A DNA stretch of 64,000 bases from an uncultured Chloroflexia bacterium. Its GTDB lineage: Bacteria > Chloroflexota > Limnocylindria > Limnocylindrales > CSP1-4. The notes below the pieces were generated by a model that saw nothing but the letters and a program-made list of their open reading frames with translations, was not told the DNA's origin and did not search any database. The translations under genes and the position numbers were made by a program. The stretch's first letter is position 1; the number at the start of each line of letters is the position of its first letter. Of the stretch, positions 56,852 to 64,000 are shown piece after piece. Where the stretch lies: NCBI GenBank assembly GCA_963746845.1, contig CAVVCZ010000005.1:352001-416000 (forward strand). The letters are read 5' to 3'.

Positions 56852-57358
56852 TCAGTCGTGCGTGTGGTCATGGGGGGAGTCGGGGATGCTGACATCCGCG
56901 ACCCGTGCGCCGAGGCCGGCGATCAGGTCCGCCGGTGCCAGGTGGAGGTTGATCCCGAAGCCGCCGCCGCCGATCGCGACGACCGGCTCCTCGACGATCG
57001 CCGCGTCGGCGATCACCGGCCAGGTGGTCGTCGCCCCGAACGGGGTGATCGTGTAACGCTCGTAACCGGTCACGGCGCGGGCCTCGTCGGCATCGGGGAG
57101 GGTCATCCGCCGGACGCCCAGCACCTCACGAAGCTTCGGCCAGTCGAACCGGCGGCCGGCCGGCACCAGCACGAACAGGTAGTCGCCCTCGCCGCGCCGG
57201 ACGACGATCGTCCGCAGCAGCTGTCGGGTCTCGATCCCCTGGAACACCGCCGACTCCTCGGCCGAGGAGGCGCGCTCCGTCCGCACGACGCGGTGTCGCA
57301 GGCCGGCAGCGCGGACCGCCTCGATCGCGGGCGTCGTCGCCTCCGGTGGGTCGTCCAT
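56852..57358 (-). CDS. YbaK/EbsC family aminoacyl-tRNA deacylase
   Basis: LLRTIVV, VLVPAGRRFDW, VTGYERYTITPFG, IGGG; ATG 57358. Confidence 0.87.
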   Translation of the reverse strand: MDDPPEATTPAIEAVRAAGLRHRVVRTERASSAEESAVFQGIETRQLLRTIVVRRGEGDYLFVLVPAGRRFDWPKLREVLGVRRMTLPDADEARAVTGYERYTITPFGATTTWPVIADAAIVEEPVVAIGGGGFGINLHLAPADLIAGLGARVADVSIPDSPHDHTHD

Positions 57359-57444
57359 CGATCGATGGTAGGCGACGCCCGACAGGCCCGCCGCGGCACG
57401 GCCAGGGCTCGGGCTGAGGCCTCGTCTTCTCCTCGATCGGCACG

Positions 57445-57770
57445 GTCTGTGAGGCCGAGTCCTGGACGACCGGCTCATCGGACGACAGCAGCCGGAGGTT
57501 GCCGCGGTGACGTCGTTCGCGGCGCGCTTCGGCGAGACAGGCGTTGACGATGAGTCGATGTGCCCATGCCTCGAACCGATCCGGATCCCGGAGCCGTGGC
57601 AGGTTCTGCCACGCGTCGAGCAGCGCTCGCTGCGTGGCGTCCTCGGCCAGGTACGGGTCACGCAGGAAACGTCGCGCGACCGAGTGGAGGTGGCTGCCCA
57701 CGCGTTCGATCAAGGCGTCGAACGCCGCTTCGTCGCCGCGCATCGCTCGCTCGACGAGTCTTCGCTCCAT
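57445..57770 (-). pseudogene. Truncated ECF sigma factor (region 2 only)
   Basis: MERRLVERAMRGDEAAFDAL...AEDATQRALLDAWQNLPRLRDPDRFEAWAHRLIVNAC; no region 4 HTH seen before the YbaK gene; 3' boundary approximate. Confidence 0.75.
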
Positions 57771-57867
57771 CGTTCTCCAACCTGGCCGACCCCGGTCCGG
57801 GAGCGGTTCGGCGAGTATGAGTCGCGGTCGTCGCGAATCATTCAATGCAGATCCGGCGAGCCCCGGA

Positions 57868-59319
57868 TCAGTCGCCGAACGCGACCTCCAGGAACTGGTT
57901 GGCCCAGCGACTCCAGGCGGCGGGACACCGATCGATGACCTGGCCGTGCGCGCCGTTGCCGGTCGTCACCCCGGGGCAGTAGTGGAGCTCCACCGGCACG
58001 CCGGCGGCCAGCGCCGCACGGAAGTTCCGCTCGGCGGCCTGGTCCGGCGGATCGATCCGGTCGGTGGTGCTGTGAAGGAGCAGGACCGGGCGAGCGCCGA
58101 TCTCGGTGATGGTCTTCACGGGGTCGACCGAGCGGACGTCCTCGCCGGCACGCAGCTGGACGCCGGTCAGGATCGCGAACGCGCCGGGCACCGACGGCAG
58201 CCCGTGTTCGGTCTCCAGGACGTTCCCGACGGACAGCTCGATGTTCGCGTGCATCGAGTCGAGGATCAGCGCTCCGATCCGAGGGTCCGTCCGGGCTTCC
58301 GCGAGAACTGCCGCCGCGCCCATCGAGTTGCCCATCGCCGCAATGGCCTTCGGGTGCTTGGTCAACGCAAGCCAGTCGACCATCGCTCGCACGTCCCATT
58401 GCTCGTGCAGTCCGATCGTGACGTCGGCCCCCTCGCTGCGGCCCTGGTCGCGGAGATCGGCGAGCACGAGGTTGTCGTGCTCGTGGAAGGGCGGCGCGTA
58501 CTTGAGCACCTCGCTCTTGTTCGACTTCCAGCCGGGCACGATCACGACCGTGGGAGCCGTCGGGCCGGCGCCGTCCGCGGCGGGGATGTACCAGCCGGCG
58601 AGGCGCACGCCATCCCTGGCCTTCACGGCGTCACCCGCCGGCGTCCCCTGCGACGCGCAGTTGGTCATGTCGGAGTTGGCGGCCACGAGCGCGGCGTCGT
58701 CCGCCTGGTCGTAGTTGATCGCCTCGTAGGTCCACCCGAAGCGGGACATCGGCGTGTCGCACCCCGGCCAGCCCGAAGCGGGATGTGTGTACTCCTGTGA
58801 CCCGATGGCACCGACGTAGGTCGTGAACCCGGTCAGCCCGACCAGCACGATCGCGGCGGCTGCGACCAGGATGATCCGCCCGGTGCGCGACGGCCGACGC
58901 GCGGGTTCGCCGACGGCGGCGCGCGGCCGGTCGCGCCAGACGATCCGGGTCCCGACGGCGAACGTGGCCGCCGTGAGCACGATCCCGATCAGCGCGCCCA
59001 GCACCCAGAACGGACCCTGGTCCCGTGGGAGGCCGAGGGCGATCGCAACCGCGTACGTCGCGATGACGATGACCGGGGCGATCCAGACGAACGCGAGCTC
59101 CCCGGCGATCGACCCGGCAACCAGCCCGGCGACGATCCAGAGCAGCCACGACCAGGGCGACGCACCGAACGCCGCGGTCCCGATCGAGACCACGGCCAGG
59201 CCGACGAGGAACGACGCGACGAGACGCCCCGGCCGAGGCCCGGAGCGCGCGATCGCCGGCGGTACCTGCGGGCCCGCGCCGATCGGGACGGGATCCGACG
59301 GGGTTCCTTCGGAGATCAT
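57868..59319 (-). CDS. Membrane-anchored alpha/beta hydrolase
   Basis: About 5 TM helices, then LAGWYIP, DLRDQGRSEG, nucleophile GNSMG, HSTTD, catalytic GAHG; start uncertain (59319 or 59382). Confidence 0.85.
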   Translation of the reverse strand: MISEGTPSDPVPIGAGPQVPPAIARSGPRPGRLVASFLVGLAVVSIGTAAFGASPWSWLLWIVAGLVAGSIAGELAFVWIAPVIVIATYAVAIALGLPRDQGPFWVLGALIGIVLTAATFAVGTRIVWRDRPRAAVGEPARRPSRTGRIILVAAAAIVLVGLTGFTTYVGAIGSQEYTHPASGWPGCDTPMSRFGWTYEAINYDQADDAALVAANSDMTNCASQGTPAGDAVKARDGVRLAGWYIPAADGAGPTAPTVVIVPGWKSNKSEVLKYAPPFHEHDNLVLADLRDQGRSEGADVTIGLHEQWDVRAMVDWLALTKHPKAIAAMGNSMGAAAVLAEARTDPRIGALILDSMHANIELSVGNVLETEHGLPSVPGAFAILTGVQLRAGEDVRSVDPVKTITEIGARPVLLLHSTTDRIDPPDQAAERNFRAALAAGVPVELHYCPGVTTGNGAHGQVIDRCPAAWSRWANQFLEVAFGD

Positions 59320-59421
59320 CGCGCACCTCCGCTCGTCACGGTGCGCCGGGTGGACCGTTCCGGCATGTCGGGGCGCCGACATCCGGCGCGTCGTCGGAGT
59401 GACGCTCGAGCGGAGGGTCCG

Positions 59422-60168
59422 TTACGGGTCGACGAGCTCCATGCGGATGCGCTTGTTGATCCGGCCCTTCGATTCGTAGCCGGTCACCCGGATCGATCCC
59501 ACCTCGCTCGTGTTCGAGACGTGCGTGCCGCCGTCCGCCTGGAGGTCGAGCCCGACGATCTCGATCGTCCGGATCTCCTCGATCCCCTCGGGGAGCAGGT
59601 TGATCTTCGTGCGGATCAGGTCCGGGATCGCGAACGCCTCGGCGCGGGGCAGGACATTGACCCGGACGTCGCGCTTCGCCGCGAGCTCGGCGTTGACGGT
59701 GGCCTCGATGCCCGAGACCAGGTCGGCGGACATCCGCTCGAACTCGAAGTCCATTCGTCCGCCGCCCGGCTCCATGTTGCCGCCCGTGACCTGGGCGCCG
59801 TGGTCGCGCCAGACGACGCCGCACAGCGCGTGGAGCGCGGTGTGGGTCCGCATCAGCGCATACCGCCGCGCCCAGTCCAGGTCGACCGTGAGCACATCAC
59901 CGCGTGCCGGCGCCCCGTGCTCGGCCGGCTCGAGCTCGTGGACGATGTCGCCACCGGACTTCCGCGCTGCGCGCACGGTCCACGATCGGCCGTCGGCGGT
60001 CCGCAGGAGCAGCCCGCGATCGGACGGCTGGCCACCACCGCCCGGATAGAAGACGGTCCGGTCGAGGACGACCAGCGGCGCCTCGCCGCTCTCGTCGACC
60101 AGCTCGACCCGTGCCTCCAGGGTCCGCGCGTAGGCGTCCCCGTAGCAGAGCTGCCCGCGCGCGTCCAT
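59422..60168 (-). CDS. Alanyl-tRNA editing protein (AlaX family)
   Basis: LDRTVFYPGGGGQPSD, MRTHTALH (HxxxH), DLQADGGTHV. Confidence 0.92.
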   Translation of the reverse strand: MDARGQLCYGDAYARTLEARVELVDESGEAPLVVLDRTVFYPGGGGQPSDRGLLLRTADGRSWTVRAARKSGGDIVHELEPAEHGAPARGDVLTVDLDWARRYALMRTHTALHALCGVVWRDHGAQVTGGNMEPGGGRMDFEFERMSADLVSGIEATVNAELAAKRDVRVNVLPRAEAFAIPDLIRTKINLLPEGIEEIRTIEIVGLDLQADGGTHVSNTSEVGSIRVTGYESKGRINKRIRMELVDP

Positions 60169-60191
60169 CGAGCCTCCGATCGGTCCGCTGC

Positions 60192-60767
60192 CTACTGGGT
60201 GGTCAGCGTCCCGAGCATCGTCGTGGGATGGACGACGCAGAAGTAGGTGTAGGTACCGATCGGCAGGGCGGGGACGCCGTAGTCCCGGGTTCCCGGGCCC
60301 TGGAAGAACGGCGTGTCGCCGGTCAACGCGACGGCTGTCCCGCTCGCGTCCTTCAGCTCCACGTTGTGCGGCGCCTGATTGTCCTGGTTGTCGAAGTGGA
60401 TCGTGAACGGCGTGTTCGCGGCCGTCGAGAGGGTGGTCGGCTGGTAGCCGGACGTCGCCGCGCCCACGGGCGCCGTGATCGTGAGGACGGCACCCGAGGC
60501 CGCTGGGCTGCCACCCGCGGACGGCGCAGTGGACGGCCCGGCCGAGGGCGCCGTGGACGGCGCCGTTGACGGCGCCACCGACGGAGCCGTCGATGGCGCC
60601 GCGGAGGCCGCGCCCGACGCCGCCGGAGATCCGGATGCCGCACCCGAGGGAGCCGGCGTGATCGACGGCGCCGGCGCGTAGGTCCAGCCGGGCGCCGCGC
60701 TCGTGGACGAGCAGGCGGCGAGGGCGGCGGCGAGGATCGGCAGCAGGAGGACGGACAGTCGGCGCAT
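60192..60767 (-). CDS. Cupredoxin (plastocyanin/azurin-like) lipoprotein
   Basis: Lipobox LAAC, APST-repeat linker, PHNV and YFCVVHPTTM type-1 copper ligands. Confidence 0.88.
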   Translation of the reverse strand: MRRLSVLLLPILAAALAACSSTSAAPGWTYAPAPSITPAPSGAASGSPAASGAASAAPSTAPSVAPSTAPSTAPSAGPSTAPSAGGSPAASGAVLTITAPVGAATSGYQPTTLSTAANTPFTIHFDNQDNQAPHNVELKDASGTAVALTGDTPFFQGPGTRDYGVPALPIGTYTYFCVVHPTTMLGTLTTQ

Positions 60768-60853
60768 GACGGCAGGTGACCTCGAATGTTCGTCAGGTGG
60801 TCGGATCGGGGGACGATCCGCTGCGGCGACGGGCGGGTCGCGTGCTGCCGAAT

Positions 60854-63800
60854 CTACCGCCCGAGTGCCGTTCCTGCCGCGGCAGTATCGGTCAGCCCGA
60901 GCCGGATGGCGACGGCCGCCGCCTCGACGCGGCCGGACACACCCAGCTTCGAGAGGATGTTGCCGACGTGGACGCCCACCGTCTTCTGGCTGATGAACAG
61001 GCGCTCCCCGATCTCGCGGTTCGTCCGGCCCTCGGCGATCAGCGCCAGGACTTCGCGCTCACGGCGCGACAGGCCGAACGTGTCCTTTCGCGCCGCTGAC
61101 GCGTCCCCGACGACGCCGCGTGTGACCGGCGAGCGTGGGTCGTCCGGTTCGGGCGGCTCGCCCAGCCCCGGTCCGACGGCGACCAGCGCCGGGCCTTCGT
61201 GCCCGTTGGGACCTGCCGGCACGGCCGTGACGTCCAGCGGCTCCAGCCTCGTGTCCTCCAGGAGCGGGATCCGGATCATCGCCCGACCGGCGAGATGGCT
61301 CACCTCGCGGAGGAGCGGACGCGCGCCGAGCTCGAGGGCGATCCGGGCCGCCTCCTCGAGTGGGGCGCGGGCGCGGGCGCGGGACGGCCGGCCCTCGCCC
61401 GAGCCGAGGATCGCCTCAGCCTGATGCCAGCGGGCCTTCGCCAGCTCGTACGGGTTGGCGAGGGCGCCCCACGCGGCGGCGAGCCGGTTCCAGGTCGCCG
61501 GGTCGTCGTGTCCCTCCAGGCGCTCGCGGTGGGCCCCGGCCTGGGCGAGCCAGGCGTCCGCCTCGCGTCGCGAACCGATGGTCGAGCCGACACCGGATCG
61601 CTCCACCGCCTTCCGGGCCGTCCGGACGACGTCGCTCGAACGCGACCGGATGGCGGCGAGCGCCGCCAGGTCGCGCCGGGTGCCTGCGTCGGCCGCGGAT
61701 GCCGAATCGACCTCGGCCACGGTGGAGGCCATCTTCGCGATCAGGCTCCAGTCGCCGGTGCCCTTGACGAGGTCCCAGCCGCGTGCGGCCGCGCGGGCTG
61801 CGTCGACGTGGTCGCCCTGCCACAGCGCGAGCGAGGCGGCGGCGCGATAGATCGGGACCGCGTGCTGCGCGTCGCTCACGGTGTCGAGACCGATGAGGAT
61901 CTGGCCGAGCTGACGCCCCGCGGCCTCCCCGGCGTTCGTCTCGATCTCGACGACGGCGAGCGTGTCGATCGGGCGGGCGATCGCCCCGCCGGGGCTCCAC
62001 TCCAGTGCGGTCGCGCTGATCGCGCTCGACTCGGCCCATCGGCCGAGCAGGTACAGCGAGTCCGAGGCGTTGGCCCGCAGGAAGTTCCCGAACACGGCCT
62101 CGAGGCCCTCGCGACGGGACACCTCGACGCCCTCGTAGGCGACGTTCACGGCCTCGGCCCGCCGGCCGACGAGGTCGAGCACCGTCGTGAGGTTCGCGTA
62201 GACCCGGAACAGCTCGTCGAGGTCGCCCCGGGCCTCGGCCATCGCCAGGGCCTCGCGCAGCAACGCGACCGCCGTCTCCGGCTCGTCGCCCCAGCCGAGA
62301 GTCACGCCCAGCGTGGTCGTCGCATGGAGCCGGACGGCGTCGCCGGCCGGCCCGAGATCGGTCGCCATCGCGATCGCCTCGCGGGCCAGCTGCTCGGACC
62401 GATCGAAGGAGCCGTCGATCATCCGGACCTGGGCGAGGGCCGCCAGGACGCCGGCACGCTCCACGCTGGCTGTGGCCGGGACCAGATCCACGGCCCGCTC
62501 GAACGCCGCCAGCGCCCCGACGCGATCACCCGCCGCCCGGCGGTACCGCCCGAGTCGTTCGTACAGCACGCCCAGCGTCATCCGGTCGCGACGCTCGTCG
62601 AAGCGGTACACGAGGGCCTCGACGTAGGCCGCGGCACGGGACGGGCGCTCCGCCGCGAACGCGGCCTCGGCCGCGCGGAGCTGGAGCGTGATCGTGACCT
62701 CGTCGGCGTCGCCCGACCGGGTGCGTTTCCCGGTGCGGGTCGTGGCGCGACCCGCCGTCGCCGGCCCTGGCTCGAACAGGGCGAGCGCCAGCTCGAGCGC
62801 CGCGAGGGCATCCTCCGGAGCGTGAGCGGCCTCGGCCCGGCCGGCCGCGTCGACGGCCGCCGCGAACCCGCGATCCGGCACGTTCGCGGCCACCCAGTGA
62901 CGCGCCGCCTCGCCCGGATGCGCGAGCAGCCCGGTCGCGAGCGCCAGGTGGTGGCGTCGGCGCAGTCGGGGCAGGAGGTCGGCCGCGGCGGCTCGCCTGA
63001 TGTGGTCGTGGCGGAACGCGATCCCGTCCGCGTCGTCGACGAGGATCCCGTGCTCGATCGCCTCGTCGAGGCCGGCGCTCAGGTCCGGGTCGAGGGCGCC
63101 CTCACCCCGCCGTGGCCGGGTCGACGATCGCGGCGGGAGCCGATCGGCCGTCAGCTCGAACGTCGCGGCGGTGTCCGCGAGCTCGTCGCGGTCGACGGGG
63201 CGGCCCGACAGCGCGAGCAGGCGGAGCACCCGCCGGCACTCGGGTCCGCGCCGGGCGAGCCGCGCGATCACGAGGTCGTCGAACGAGCTGGTGAGGCTCG
63301 CGTCGGAGACCTCGCGTCGGGCCGCCAGCAGCTCCTCGGCAACCAGCGGAAGGCCGCGGGACCGGTCAGCGACCAGGACGAGCGCCGCGCCCGTCGGTCG
63401 TTCGCCCTCGACGGCCTGGACGAGGTCCGCCAGCTCCGACCGCTCGAACGGGTCGATCCGGATGTGGACGGGTCTGGACGACTCGCCCCCGGTTGCCTCG
63501 GCCAGCGTCGCGTTCAGGGGGTGATCACGGGTCAGCTCGTCCGATGCCCAGGTCCCGATGAAGCACACCCGCTGATGGCGACGGACGCGGCTCAGGAAGG
63601 TCACGAGCGCGCGCGTCCCCGCATCCGCGTCGTGGAGGTCCTCGAGGACCACGAGCACCGGCCCCTCCTCGGACAGGCGGCCGACGACGCCGAGGATCGC
63701 CTCGAGCACCCGGCTCTGGCGACGCTCTGGCGCAGTGATCGTCGGCCGCGCGGGCAGCACGCCGGCGTGCCCGAGCCTCGCCTGGATCTCCGGGAAGAGA

Positions 63801-64000
63801 CGGGCGACGTCCTCGACCGCCGGCCCGACCAGACGCACGAGCTCCTCGTCGTCCACCGCGCGGAACACCGGCCGGAGCGCCCGGATGATCGGACCGTAGG
63901 GATCGTCGGCGCCGGGGAGGAACGATCGACCGCGGATCACGGTGAACGGCTCGCTGAGCCCGCCGATCCGCCGTGCAACCTCGCCGACGAACCGGGTCAC
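60854..64000 (-). CDS. LuxR-family large ATP-binding transcriptional regulator (AAA + TPR-like + LuxR HTH), 5' partial
   Basis: VVLEDLHDAD Walker B, RSRGLPLVAEEL, FRHDHIR, C-terminal LSRREREVLALIAEGRTNREIGERLFISQKTVGVHVGNILSKL. Confidence 0.92.
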   Translation of the reverse strand: MTRFVGEVARRIGGLSEPFTVIRGRSFLPGADDPYGPIIRALRPVFRAVDDEELVRLVGPAVEDVARLFPEIQARLGHAGVLPARPTITAPERRQSRVLEAILGVVGRLSEEGPVLVVLEDLHDADAGTRALVTFLSRVRRHQRVCFIGTWASDELTRDHPLNATLAEATGGESSRPVHIRIDPFERSELADLVQAVEGERPTGAALVLVADRSRGLPLVAEELLAARREVSDASLTSSFDDLVIARLARRGPECRRVLRLLALSGRPVDRDELADTAATFELTADRLPPRSSTRPRRGEGALDPDLSAGLDEAIEHGILVDDADGIAFRHDHIRRAAAADLLPRLRRRHHLALATGLLAHPGEAARHWVAANVPDRGFAAAVDAAGRAEAAHAPEDALAALELALALFEPGPATAGRATTRTGKRTRSGDADEVTITLQLRAAEAAFAAERPSRAAAYVEALVYRFDERRDRMTLGVLYERLGRYRRAAGDRVGALAAFERAVDLVPATASVERAGVLAALAQVRMIDGSFDRSEQLAREAIAMATDLGPAGDAVRLHATTTLGVTLGWGDEPETAVALLREALAMAEARGDLDELFRVYANLTTVLDLVGRRAEAVNVAYEGVEVSRREGLEAVFGNFLRANASDSLYLLGRWAESSAISATALEWSPGGAIARPIDTLAVVEIETNAGEAAGRQLGQILIGLDTVSDAQHAVPIYRAAASLALWQGDHVDAARAAARGWDLVKGTGDWSLIAKMASTVAEVDSASAADAGTRRDLAALAAIRSRSSDVVRTARKAVERSGVGSTIGSRREADAWLAQAGAHRERLEGHDDPATWNRLAAAWGALANPYELAKARWHQAEAILGSGEGRPSRARARAPLEEAARIALELGARPLLREVSHLAGRAMIRIPLLEDTRLEPLDVTAVPAGPNGHEGPALVAVGPGLGEPPEPDDPRSPVTRGVVGDASAARKDTFGLSRREREVLALIAEGRTNREIGERLFISQKTVGVHVGNILSKLGVSGRVEAAAVAIRLGLTDTAAAGTALGR

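Noticed and set aside
59422-60168. AlaX inactivated by DGGTH instead of CGGTH
   Set aside because: To my knowledge the QADGGTH variant is common in actinobacterial-type AlaX proteins; HxxxH is intact.
60520-60610. Short tandem repeats here and at 28721-28785 as CRISPR or VNTR elements
   Set aside because: In-frame 12-15 bp repeats encoding APST/PSAAA lipoprotein linkers; no spacers.

Overview
High-GC bacterial chromosomal segment with about 55 CDS and one tRNA-Arg(UCG). No integrase, transposase, prophage or CRISPR array was seen. Gene style (Pro/Ser/Ala-linker lipoproteins, F420-oxidoreductase, WYL and LuxR-AAA regulators, apparently leaderless starts) suggests Chloroflexota such as Limnocylindria, or an actinobacterium; this is inference only. 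Main blocks: GAF-GGDEF cyclase, LysM and DUF62 genes; a small ORF whose 3' UTR folds into two CCUCCUCC-looped hairpins plus a terminator (cuckoo/CcsR-like sRNA candidate); a coupled WYL regulator + SAMHD1-like HD hydrolase pair; an uncharacterised 8-gene catabolic cluster (M24 variant, E1 alpha/beta without E2/E3, beta-hydroxyacid dehydrogenase, amidohydrolase, XRE-cupin, bicupin, atypical SDR); PLD, flippase-like and two AI-2E genes; an L-arabinose locus (araBDA, LacI, YtfQ-like ABC transporter with a structured uORF leader and a permease fused to an extracellular Cys-rich domain); dps, acetolactate synthase, CPBP protease; a two-ATPase/two-FtsX ABC system; pntAB; dhaKL; a K-channel homolog with degenerate filter; MgtC, YbaK, a truncated ECF sigma, AlaX, a cupredoxin and a partial LuxR-AAA regulator. 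Two genes carry single-base +1 frameshifts that may be sequencing errors. The most novel-looking signal is a recurring set of C-rich anti-Shine-Dalgarno hairpin loops at operon 3' ends, with complementary GGAGGAGG sites in non-coding leaders of the same window.
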